This document shows positions 1 through 8,327 of a stretch of DNA of 64,000 nucleotides, in pieces. Below the pieces are notes generated by a model. It ran no database searches. It was not told where the DNA came from and saw nothing but the letters and a program-made list of their open reading frames with translations. The number at the start of each line of letters is the position of its first letter. The stretch's first letter is position 1. This DNA comes from an uncultured Acidobacteriota bacterium (GTDB lineage: Bacteria > Acidobacteriota > Terriglobia > Terriglobales > Acidobacteriaceae), in NCBI GenBank assembly GCA_963758565.1, contig CAVWVX010000002.1, positions 202,186-266,185 on the forward strand, given 5' to 3'. Both the position numbers and the translations under genes were made by a program.

Positions 1-144
1 TGCCGCCACCACCCCAGCTCCTGTGCCATCAATAACAGCCGCTCTGAACTCCGGAGCCGCCAAAAATCTTCACTGTCCGCAACCCCTCCCCTCCGGCTTC
101 TGACCAGGGAGAAAGCCCGCGGTCAAAACGGTGGGGAACGGCAG

Positions 145-364
145 AGCCCGGGAAAGATAAAGGCTCGGGAAGGGCAAAGCCCGGGAAAGATAAAGACTCG
201 GGAAGGGCACGACTTTAGTCGTGCCGTCAGACGAACGTAGAATTTGGGGCTTTAGCCCCTGAGGGTTTCAGATGTACGCAGCACCAGAAATACCAGCACG
301 ACCGTGGAAGAGCGGCGCTTCAGCGCCGCGTTAGCCGCAAAAAAAATCCGGGGCTTTAGCCCCC
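145..364. repeat. Tandem 33-nt direct repeat (2 copies) followed by short GC-rich hairpin modules of the dispersed palindromic repeat family
   Basis: agcccgggaaagataaagRctcgggaagggca occurs at 145-176 and 178-209. Hairpins: ggcacgacTTTAgtcgtgcc (206-225), ggggcTTTAgcccc (246-259 and 350-363), gcggcgcTTCAgcgccgc (312-329). The same hairpin types recur at 6.6-7.4, 8.1 and 9.2-9.9 kb. Confidence 0.75.
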
Positions 365-464
365 GAAACGCTCTTTGAAACACCCCCGAATCCGTTTCGG
401 GAACCCGATCTCCCCGCCTCCGCCGCGCCGAATCGGGCCTATGTTGAAAAGAATCTAATTATTA

Positions 465-3400
465 ATGGAGAGACCAATGTCCGACCTCAAAACGCCCGAC
501 CTCAAAACGCCCGACCTCAAAACCACCACCGCCAATTCCCCTGCGGCCGCCCCCGTACACCCCGTCACCTCCGATAAAAAGAAGGCCCCCGGCCTCTCCT
601 TCCGCCGCTTCTTCACCAAACCCGGCGTCTCGCCCTACGACGAAGTGGAATGGGAACACCGCCTCGCCCAGATCACCGATGCCAAAGGCAACGTCATCTT
701 CGAACAGAAAGATGTCGAAGTCCCCAAAGATTGGTCCATGACCGCCACCAACATCGTGGCCTCGAAATACCTGCATGGAAAAATCGGTACCTCCGAGCGC
801 GAGACCGGCGTCCGCGCCCTCGTCACCCGCGTCGCCGAAACCATTCGCGATTGGGGATACGCTCAGGGATACTTCAAGACCGCCGAAGACAGCGCCACCT
901 TCCACGACGAACTCGTCCACATCCTCGTCCGCCAGTATGCCGCCTTCAACTCGCCCGTCTGGTTCAACGTGGGCTGCGATCGCATCGAGCCCAACTCTGA
1001 CGCCCGCAACTGGCACTGGAATCCCGCCACCCAGCAAGTTGAATTCGGCATCGCCGGCTACACCAAGCCGCAGTGCTCGGCGTGCTTTATCAACTCCGTA
1101 AAAGATTCGCTGGATTCCATCCTCACTCTGGCCAAGACCGAAGGCATGCTGTTCAAGTGGGGATCCGGCACCGGATCGAATCTCTCTCCGCTGCGCAGCT
1201 CCACCGAAGGCCTCAGCGGAGGAGGAACCGCCAGCGGCCCGCTCAGCTTCATGAAAGGCTTTGATGCCTTCGCCGGAGTCATCAAGTCCGGCGGCAAAAC
1301 CCGCCGCGCCGCCAAGATGGTCATTCTCAACGTCGACCATCCTGACATCATTGACTTCGTCGAGTGCAAACAAAAAGAAGAAGCCAAAGCTCACGCCCTG
1401 GTCGCGCAAGGCTACGACGGATCGCATCCCGATTCCGACGCCTACTCTTCCATCTTCTTCCAGAATGCCAACAACAGCGTCCGCGTCACCGACGACTTCA
1501 TGTACGCCGTCGTTCGCGACACCGATTTCTCTACCAAAAAAGTTCAGGACGGCAGCGTCATGAACACCTACAAAGCGAAAGAGTTGATGCGCAAGATTGC
1601 CGAAGCCACCTGGCACTGCGGCGATCCCGGCATGCAGTACGACACCACGACAAATCGCTGGCACACTTCGAAGAACACCGACCGCATCAACGCCTCGAAT
1701 CCGTGCAGCGAGTACATGTTCCTCGATGACTCCGCCTGCAACCTCGCCAGCCTGAACCTGCTGAAGTTCGCGCCCAACGGCACCTTCGACGTCGAAGCCT
1801 ATCGTCACGCCGTCGATGTCTTAATCACCGCGCAGGAAATCCTCGTCGACAACGCCGGCTACCCAACAGAGATGATCATGCGCAACTCGCATGACTACCG
1901 TCCGCTCGGCCTCGGCTACGCAAACCTCGGAGCGCTGTTGATGGCCGCGGGCCTGCCTTACGACTCCGACAGCGGCCGCGACTATGCCGCCTGCGTCACC
2001 GCTATCATGTGCGGTGAAGCCTATCTGCAATCCAGCAAGATCGCCGAACAATGCCAACCCCTCACTCCTGCAACTGAAACTATCTCCACCCGTCTCGGCG
2101 TCACCGATGCCGACCACATGCCCGGCGGAGCCTGCCCCGGCTGGTACATCAACCGCGAACCTTTCCTCGACGTAATCCGCATGCACCGCGCCTCCGTCAA
2201 CAACATCAACAAATCAAACGTCCCAAGTTCCCTCTACGAATCCAGCAAACAATGCTGGGACGAAGCCCTCGCCCACGGCGAAAAGCACGGCTACCGCAAC
2301 AGCCAAGTAACCGTCCTAGCCCCCACCGGAACCATCGGCTTCATGATGGACTGCGCGACTACCGGGGTGGAGCCGGATTTGGCGTTGGTGAAGTTTAAGA
2401 AGTTGGTCGGCGGAGGCATGATCAAAATCGTCAATCAGACGGTGCCGACGGCGTTGTTTAAGTTGGGGTATGACCACGATCAGACGAATGCGATTGTGAG
2501 TTACATCGATGCGACGGGGACGATTGAGGGGGCTCCGCATATTAAGGATGAAGATCTGGCGGTGTTTGATTGTTCGTTCAAGCCGGCGAAGGGGACTCGG
2601 TCGATTGCGTCCATGGGGCACTTGCGGATGATGGCCGCGGCGCAGCCATTTATCTCCGGGGCTATATCGAAGACGGTGAATCTTCCGGAGAATGCCTCCG
2701 TGGAAGACATCATGGAGGCTTATCTTCAGGCTTGGAAGCTGGGACTGAAGGCGGTTGCCGTGTATCGCGATGGATGCAAGAAGTCGCAGCCATTGTCGGC
2801 GGCGGGGACGAAGACGGCCAACTCTTCGAAGGATGACGCGCGAGTGGCGGTGGTGCGCGAAGAAGAAAATCTGAATGCGCCTCCGCGGGCGGTGCGGCAC
2901 AAGCTGCAGGAGGAGCGCGCGTCGATCACGCACAAGTTCAAGGTCGGCGATCACGAGGGCTACATCACCGTGGGTCTCTATCCCAATGGCGATCCTGGAG
3001 AGTTGTTCGTGACCATGGCCAAAGAAGGTTCGACGGTCAGCGGGTTGATGGACAGCTTTGCGCTGGCGGTTTCGATCGCGCTGCAACATGGCGTGCCGCT
3101 GAAACTGTTCTGCGAAAAGTTCGCGCACACGCGCTTCGAGCCCAGCGGCTGGAGCGGCAACGCCGACATCGGGTACGCCAAGTCGATCATGGACTACATC
3201 TTCCGCTGGCTGCAGTTGCGATTTCTGACTGGGCAGCAGGGGATGTTGTTCGAGAATCTCCGGCTGCGGTCGGGTCCCGAGTCCCGAGCCCTGAGTGCCG
3301 AGGGAATTGGCTCACAGGAATCGCTGGTGACTCGCGACTCGGGAATTCGAACTGGTTCGGTGCATGCCGCCGACAATCTGGCGGGAATCATCGACCTGAG

Positions 3401-3497
3401 CGACGCTCCGAGTTGCAGCTTCTGCGGCAGCATCATGACGCGGAATGGTTCGTGTTATCGCTGCGGGAGTTGCGGGAGCACCAGCGGGTGCTCGTAG
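465..3497 (+). CDS. nrdJ: Class II (adenosylcobalamin-dependent) ribonucleotide reductase
   Basis: 1010-aa ORF with blocks I recognise from B12-dependent RNRs: SACFINSV, NVDHPDIIDFV, ASNPCSEYMFLDDSACNLASLNL, VLAPTGTIGFMMDCATTGVEPD. It ends in a Cys-rich tail (CSFCG..CYRCGSCG). The N-terminus carries a PDLKT x3 repeat. An alternative ATG lies at 477. Confidence 0.93.
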   Translation: MERPMSDLKTPDLKTPDLKTTTANSPAAAPVHPVTSDKKKAPGLSFRRFFTKPGVSPYDEVEWEHRLAQITDAKGNVIFEQKDVEVPKDWSMTATNIVASKYLHGKIGTSERETGVRALVTRVAETIRDWGYAQGYFKTAEDSATFHDELVHILVRQYAAFNSPVWFNVGCDRIEPNSDARNWHWNPATQQVEFGIAGYTKPQCSACFINSVKDSLDSILTLAKTEGMLFKWGSGTGSNLSPLRSSTEGLSGGGTASGPLSFMKGFDAFAGVIKSGGKTRRAAKMVILNVDHPDIIDFVECKQKEEAKAHALVAQGYDGSHPDSDAYSSIFFQNANNSVRVTDDFMYAVVRDTDFSTKKVQDGSVMNTYKAKELMRKIAEATWHCGDPGMQYDTTTNRWHTSKNTDRINASNPCSEYMFLDDSACNLASLNLLKFAPNGTFDVEAYRHAVDVLITAQEILVDNAGYPTEMIMRNSHDYRPLGLGYANLGALLMAAGLPYDSDSGRDYAACVTAIMCGEAYLQSSKIAEQCQPLTPATETISTRLGVTDADHMPGGACPGWYINREPFLDVIRMHRASVNNINKSNVPSSLYESSKQCWDEALAHGEKHGYRNSQVTVLAPTGTIGFMMDCATTGVEPDLALVKFKKLVGGGMIKIVNQTVPTALFKLGYDHDQTNAIVSYIDATGTIEGAPHIKDEDLAVFDCSFKPAKGTRSIASMGHLRMMAAAQPFISGAISKTVNLPENASVEDIMEAYLQAWKLGLKAVAVYRDGCKKSQPLSAAGTKTANSSKDDARVAVVREEENLNAPPRAVRHKLQEERASITHKFKVGDHEGYITVGLYPNGDPGELFVTMAKEGSTVSGLMDSFALAVSIALQHGVPLKLFCEKFAHTRFEPSGWSGNADIGYAKSIMDYIFRWLQLRFLTGQQGMLFENLRLRSGPESRALSAEGIGSQESLVTRDSGIRTGSVHAADNLAGIIDLSDAPSCSFCGSIMTRNGSCYRCGSCGSTSGCS

Positions 3498-3571
3498 CCG
3501 GGTTGAAATGGCACGAAGGTGGTCTTGTAAGCGGCAAGCAGAGGTAATACAAAGTGTCTCGACTGTGAGGG

Positions 3572-3597
3572 GGCCACGGCAATGCCGTGGCCTTTTT
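3572..3597 (+). terminator. Rho-independent terminator downstream of nrdJ
   Basis: Perfect 9-bp stem ggccacggc / gccgtggcc with a 3-nt loop, followed by TTTTT. It lies 75 nt after the nrdJ stop. Confidence 0.8.
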
Positions 3598-3629
3598 CGC
3601 CGAGGGTTCATGGTTTGATGGGTCTTTGA

Positions 3630-4568
3630 ATGAAGCGCCATTACCGACTCCACGAGTTGGAGGACACCGAATTCGAGGACTTGGTGTGCAGGATCTGCAT
3701 GAGGATTCTGGGGATGGGTACGATTGCTTTCTCCTCCGGCAAGGATGGAGGAAGAGATGCTCGTTTCGATGGAACCGCCCAGCATTTTCCAAGTGACGCG
3801 AAGCCAGCGAAAGGCAAATTCGTTGTCCAAGCGAAGCACACATCGCAGCCAGGCGCCTCGTGTTCAGACAGCGCCTTCAAGAGGATTTTCCAGGACGAGT
3901 TACCGAAAATCAGGAAGCTTGCAAAGGCTGGGAACCTCGAACTGTATTTGCTGTTCACGAACCGTGATCTTACTGCGGGCATGGAAAGTTCAATGGTTAA
4001 GCGTCTAGGTAAGGTTAAGGGTCTCTCGGAGGCTTGGATACTCGGTAATGACTCAGTTCGTCAGCGGTTGGACATGCACCCGGACGTGTGGACAAGTATG
4101 CGGTTAGATCGTCATGAGGTGCCCTTTCGGATCTCGCCCGTTGAAATGGTCGAGGTCGTGACGGCGTTCCATGGCGCTGTCACGGACGGTGGCAGTTCCT
4201 TCAACAGTGCACTAAATTTCAATTTTGTTGGGAAGGATCGAAAGAACAGAATTAACCGCCTGTCGAGGCCCTACTATGAGTACATCCAGAGGGATTCACT
4301 ACCCCACTTTCGTCGGATTAAGACCTTCCTGGAAGACCCCCGCAATGACCGGCTTAAGGCTTTGTACCACGACACCGCAGACGAGTTGAAACAGAAAATC
4401 GTTACCTTCAGGGGGGATTTCAGCAGCTTCGACGAGGTTCTCACACACATCCGGGATCTTGTCGTCAGTCACGAGAGCAAACTCTTGGGAAAGAAACGCC
4501 TTGTGAGCCTGTTCCTTCATTACATGTATTGCAACTGCGACATCGGCGACCATGCTAAAGCCAACTAA
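3630..4568 (+). CDS. Mrr-cat-like PD-(D/E)xK restriction-endonuclease-fold effector with a helical C-terminal region (ABC-3C effector / LmuA-like)
   Basis: 312-aa ORF starting 33 nt after the nrdJ terminator. The N-terminal pattern FEDLV..GKDGGRDARF..KFVVQAKH matches the E-D-(Q)xK arrangement of Mrr-type nucleases. Its stop overlaps the next ORF by 17 nt. Confidence 0.7.
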   Translation: MKRHYRLHELEDTEFEDLVCRICMRILGMGTIAFSSGKDGGRDARFDGTAQHFPSDAKPAKGKFVVQAKHTSQPGASCSDSAFKRIFQDELPKIRKLAKAGNLELYLLFTNRDLTAGMESSMVKRLGKVKGLSEAWILGNDSVRQRLDMHPDVWTSMRLDRHEVPFRISPVEMVEVVTAFHGAVTDGGSSFNSALNFNFVGKDRKNRINRLSRPYYEYIQRDSLPHFRRIKTFLEDPRNDRLKALYHDTADELKQKIVTFRGDFSSFDEVLTHIRDLVVSHESKLLGKKRLVSLFLHYMYCNCDIGDHAKAN

Positions 4569-4806
4569 GCACTTGAATCCGGACAAGTCCGTGCTGCACA
4601 CAGCAGCGAGGATATTGCGGCTGCTCAGCAGGTATCGCATTCAGCCATATGACGAATTGTATGACCGCCTGCACAAACAGGCTGGCGATGACCTGCGGGA
4701 GGTTTTTCTCCCGGCCTTGGGTTTCCTGTTCCTCTTGGGAAAGATCGAATACTATGAGAAGACGGACAGCTTCGAGTTCGTAGGAGCGAACCGAGTGACC
4801 GTATGA
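4552..4806 (+). CDS. Small helical middle component of an ABC-3C / Lamassu-like system (LmuC-like)
   Basis: 84-aa ORF. Its ATG lies inside the 3' end of the effector gene, and its stop overlaps the ATPase start (ATGA at 4803-4806). Size, position and predicted helical character fit the middle component. No catalytic motif is visible. Confidence 0.6.
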   Translation: MLKPTKHLNPDKSVLHTAARILRLLSRYRIQPYDELYDRLHKQAGDDLREVFLPALGFLFLLGKIEYYEKTDSFEFVGANRVTV

Positions 4807-6611
4807 AGATCGCAAGAATCTATAGCAACCTAGCGACAGCCTTTCTGCCGATTAGATTGAACGGTATCGATGACGAAAAGTTGAGCGTTGTATTTGCGAG
4901 GATCACTCGCCCCAAGGACAACAGTCGAGACAGTCACAATCTGGGCAAGACCACCCTCATCCATCTTATCGACTTTCTGCTGCTGAGAGATGTGAGCGAC
5001 AAAACAAGTTTCCTTCTTAAGCACGTTGACCGCTTCCGGCAGTTCGTTTTCTACATCGAGCTGCAGTCGCATGCAGGGGGCTTTGTCACAGTTCGGCGAG
5101 CCGTCGAAGAGTCCACAAAAATCTCTCTAAAGCGACATGCGAAGCGTGATCAGGATCTGAGGGATGCGGGGGAGAAGGATTGGGACCATTTCGACGTCCC
5201 TATCGATACTGCGAGGCAGATCCTTGACTCTTATCTTGATTTGCAGGTTGTGAAGCCCTGGAACTATCGCAAGGGCGTGTCGTACTTCCTGCGAACGCAG
5301 GCTGACTATCAGGACTACTTCCAGATCTCAAAATTTCAAAAAGGTCAGGATTCGGAATGGAAGCCGTACCTCGCTCACTTGGTGGGACTCAACTTTGCCC
5401 TATTGGAGAACAAGTATGAATTGGACTCCCAGATAGAGGATCTCGAGAAGAGGAGGGGAGAACGGCAGGCCGAAATACAGATTGACGAGAAGGAGTTCAG
5501 CAAGCTCTCGGTGCAGCTAGACATCGATCGTGCAGAGGTCGCAAGGACGGCGGCCCTCCTCGACGACTTTGATTTCAGGGAGGAGGAGAAAAGGGTCAAC
5601 AAAGAGTTGATTGAGGGCGTGGAGCGTCGAATTTCCGAACTCAACAGCGAGATCTACAAGGTTGGCTATGACCTCGACGAAATGAGAAATTCGCTGGCGC
5701 AGGGGTTCAGCTTTCGAAGTGATTCCGTGCGGCAGATTTTCGAGGAGACCAAGACTTATGTGCCAGAAAACCTGCTCAGGGATTACGACGAACTCGTGGG
5801 GTTCAACCGTAAGCTCACGACAGAGCGGAACAGGTTGCTGAAGGGCCAGATTCGGGACTTGGAGGGGGAACTTGAAAAACTGAATGCGGAGGCTGCAGAG
5901 TTGAATCTCCGGCGGGTCCATTACTTAGAGCTTTTAAGAACTGCTGACGCGTTCAAGAAATTCAAAGCGCTCCAGCGTGAACACGCTGCACAGCGCGCAC
6001 AACTCACGTACCGTGAGACTCAAATGCACCGTTTGTCCCAGGTTAGGGAAATGACACGCGAGTTGCGAGGCCTTGAGATCAAGCGCAAGCAACTGGTTGA
6101 CGAGATCACGGACGAGACCGAGCGCGACAACCCAGTCAAGACAAGGATTGCTCTGGAGTTCCACTCACTTGTCCGGCGCGTGCTTGATCTGAACGGTTCC
6201 TTTTACGTGGCCATGAATCGGAGTGGGAATGTCGAGTTTGTGGTCGAGACTAAGCTTTCGGAGAAGAGTGCCGAGGTGTCGAGCCAATCCGAGGGCACCA
6301 GCTACAAGAAACTCCTTTGCGCGCTGTTCGACATCACCCTCCTCACGACCTACGCTACGCAACCGTTTTATCACTTTGTGTACCATGACGGGATATTTGA
6401 AGGACTCGACACGCGCAAGCGGCGCGTTCTGCTCCTGTTACTTAGGGAGATCGCGGGGAAGTACCGCATCCAATACATCCTTTCAACGATTGATTCCGAC
6501 CTGCCGCGCGATGAGGATGATAAAAAGATTGAGTTTCCTCAAGACGAAATCGTGCTTGAGTTGAGCGATCAGGGGACGAAGGGTCGCCTGTTCCGGATGG
6601 CAGAGTTTTGA
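4803..6611 (+). CDS. Coiled-coil-containing ABC/SMC-like ATPase (DUF2326/YydD-type; ABC-3C ATPase / LmuB-like)
   Basis: 602 aa. P-loop SRDSHNLGKTT (GKT codons at 4944-4952). A long E/K/R/L-rich heptad-like insertion spans roughly residues 195-420. The C-terminus has the signature-like SQSEGTSYKKL followed by the Walker B/D-loop-like FYHFVYHDGIFEGLD. Confidence 0.75.
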   Translation: MKIARIYSNLATAFLPIRLNGIDDEKLSVVFARITRPKDNSRDSHNLGKTTLIHLIDFLLLRDVSDKTSFLLKHVDRFRQFVFYIELQSHAGGFVTVRRAVEESTKISLKRHAKRDQDLRDAGEKDWDHFDVPIDTARQILDSYLDLQVVKPWNYRKGVSYFLRTQADYQDYFQISKFQKGQDSEWKPYLAHLVGLNFALLENKYELDSQIEDLEKRRGERQAEIQIDEKEFSKLSVQLDIDRAEVARTAALLDDFDFREEEKRVNKELIEGVERRISELNSEIYKVGYDLDEMRNSLAQGFSFRSDSVRQIFEETKTYVPENLLRDYDELVGFNRKLTTERNRLLKGQIRDLEGELEKLNAEAAELNLRRVHYLELLRTADAFKKFKALQREHAAQRAQLTYRETQMHRLSQVREMTRELRGLEIKRKQLVDEITDETERDNPVKTRIALEFHSLVRRVLDLNGSFYVAMNRSGNVEFVVETKLSEKSAEVSSQSEGTSYKKLLCALFDITLLTTYATQPFYHFVYHDGIFEGLDTRKRRVLLLLLREIAGKYRIQYILSTIDSDLPRDEDDKKIEFPQDEIVLELSDQGTKGRLFRMAEF

Positions 6612-6639
6612 TTTTTTCCCACGGTGCCGCCCCTGACGG

Positions 6640-7429
6640 GACTCGTTCCTTTTCTTGGTAGCTTTCGGCACGACTGAAGTCGTGCCCTTCCCGGTCGTGG
6701 CGGGGGCGAATTTCAAGAGGGATGGCGGCGGGGTGGCGCAGGCGAACAGCAGGTTCCTCGACTTCGCAAGATCATCCGCTTCGCGGATAATCCTGCTTCG
6801 CTCGGAATGACAAAATTGTTTGGGGGCTTGCGACGGGACTGAGGGCGTGCCCTTCCTGATCGTAGCGCTGCCAAAGTTCAAAACGTCCACGGGGGCTGAA
6901 GCCCGGCTAGCTTTTGGGGGGCTGGACGCGGCGCTGAAGCGCCGCTCTTCCACGGCGGTGCACGGGTTTGGGCGCGGATTGCGGCGGGACTGAGGGCGTG
7001 GCCTTCCTGGGCGTGGCGGTGGCGAATTCCTGGGGATGCGGCCGTGGAATCCCATGTTTCGCAAAGGACGCGAAACATGGGGCACCCGCGGTTCGTGGTG
7101 GCGTGGGAATTTTTCTTTCGCCCCTGCGGGGCTGGGTTATCGTCTCCTGCTTTTACCCACGGCGCGCGCCGTGGGCTGCATTCTTTCGCCGCTTCGCGGC
7201 TTGGTTCCATCTTAGGCGGCGTGCGGCCGATTTCGGCGCGCTTCGCTTGCTGAGGGCAGGCTCAAGAACTGAAGTTGTGCCCTTCGCGGTCGTGGCACTG
7301 CCGAATTCCTAGAAGGATGGGGCCGTGGAATCCCACGTTTCGCAAAGGACGCGAAACATATGGCACCCGCCGTTCGTGGTGGTTCCGGCGGACAGCAGAT
7401 TCCTCGCCGGGCTTTCAACTCCGTTCGGA
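6640..7429. repeat. Array of modular palindromic intergenic repeats (REP/MITE-like family)
   Basis: Hairpin ggcacgacTGAAgtcgtgcc at 6667-6686. Module 'cagcagRttcctc-[hairpin]-tcggaatgaYRa' at 6745-6814 and 7391-7436. A roughly 115-nt unit (..cgaattcct..ggccgtggaatcccaYgtttcgcaaaggacgcgaaacat..ggcacccgc.gttcgtggtgg) occurs at about 6985-7100 and about 7270-7385. Also gcggcgcTGAAgcgccgc and ggggcTGAAgccc hairpins. Confidence 0.85.
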
Positions 7430-8104
7430 ATGATGAAATTTTGTGAGGCTTACGACCCGGTGAGGAATGAGAGCGACTTTGAGCAAAGATATTCGAGGAA
7501 TCGGCCCTATCTGTATCACCTTACGGATCGGTCAAACCTCGATCACATACGAGAAACAAACAACATCTTGCCCGCAGCCAGATTGATGGAGCTTGCTGGA
7601 CGTGTCGATCTTCGTAGGGCCCGGAGACGCGAGCATGAACGGCTTATCATAGGACGGAAATCGATTTTGACTCGCGACCAAGCCCCTCTGCACCAGGGAA
7701 ATGTAGAGTTGATAAACGGGTTCAGCTTCGAGGACCTGGTTGAGAGCATCAATAGAAGAAGTTTTTTTTGGCCGGGGACCGCTGTCGGTCCAATCAGCTG
7801 TGGAGTGCGTCACTTCGAGCGGTATCAAGAGGAACGCCCTATTATTCTTCAGATTGCTTTTCAATCGTTGCTCGACGTGAATCGCGGTGTTGATCCACTT
7901 TATTGCAAGTACAATTCTGGTTCGCCGCGTTGCTCAAATGGAAATAAGAGTCCTCGTGGCCCCGATACCTTCCTGTCGTCAGGGCGTTTCAAGGGAACTC
8001 CAAGCCAGGTCGTCGAGGTGACCTTTGATGTCCCGATCATGCTGCCTGCTGATACGAAAGTTGGAGATCATTCGGCAGGGCCGTGGAGGCTGTTCCGTCG
8101 TTGA
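7430..8104 (+). CDS. Hypothetical protein, tentatively DarT/DUF4433- or DUF7002-like ADP-ribosyltransferase fold
   Basis: The track ORF 7325..8104 is trimmed to the ATG ATG at 7430/7433, because residues 1-35 are translated repeat DNA. Motifs YLYHLTDRSNLDHIRETNNILPA, LTRDQAPL, RRSFFWPG and VVEVTFDVP resemble the H..T..NL / FFW / E pattern I associate with DarT-like ART proteins. This is recognition from memory only. Confidence 0.4.
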   Translation: MMKFCEAYDPVRNESDFEQRYSRNRPYLYHLTDRSNLDHIRETNNILPAARLMELAGRVDLRRARRREHERLIIGRKSILTRDQAPLHQGNVELINGFSFEDLVESINRRSFFWPGTAVGPISCGVRHFERYQEERPIILQIAFQSLLDVNRGVDPLYCKYNSGSPRCSNGNKSPRGPDTFLSSGRFKGTPSQVVEVTFDVPIMLPADTKVGDHSAGPWRLFRR

Positions 8105-8111
8105 GTTGTAA

Positions 8112-8205
8112 TCGCAGCGCTTGATGCGCTGCGCCACTCAAAATCGAGGCGCTTGCGGCACGACTGAAGTCGTGCCCTTTCCGGTCGTGGCGCTACCGAC
8201 CCGCC
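8112..8205. repeat. Palindromic repeat modules (same family)
   Basis: gcagcgcTTGAtgcgctgcgccactcaaaatc, then ggcacgacTGAAgtcgtgcc (8157-8176) and ccggtcgtggcg. These match modules at 6667-6700 and 9810-9842. Confidence 0.8.
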
Positions 8206-8327
8206 CCCCCCGGGAATGGGCCCATGGCGGATCATTACATTTTGGCTTTTAAATTCCCAGTTACTCGGAGTATAGTTGTTGGCCTTCCTCCATCTCGGCC
8301 CCAAATACTTTGACTAAGGAGCTGACT

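Noticed and set aside
1-464. Cobalamin riboswitch or NrdR box upstream of nrdJ
   Set aside because: I could not find a B12-box-like consensus or paired NrdR boxes. The region is instead made of the tandem 33-nt repeat and generic hairpin modules. A covariance-model scan (Rfam RF00174) would be the decisive test.
462-1808. 448-aa ORF antisense to nrdJ
   Set aside because: It lies entirely within and opposite the strongly supported nrdJ frame. Its Gly/Ala/Val/Asp-rich composition is typical of antisense frames in G+C-rich DNA, and it has no recognisable motifs.
6483-7312. ORFs 6483..7085, 6878..7210, 6968..7312 and 7044..7253 in the spacer after the ABC ATPase gene
   Set aside because: They are translations of the palindromic repeat modules. 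The same peptide strings (for example MESHVSQRTRN) recur wherever the repeat recurs, on both strands.
7325-7429. N-terminal 35 codons of track ORF 7325..8104
   Set aside because: This segment is a copy of the repeat unit also found at 7041-7100. The open frame is fortuitous, so the CDS is trimmed to the ATG at 7430.
6640-7429. Possible CRISPR array
   Set aside because: The repeats are heterogeneous modules of different lengths with internal palindromes and irregular spacing. There is no constant repeat/spacer periodicity and no cas genes.
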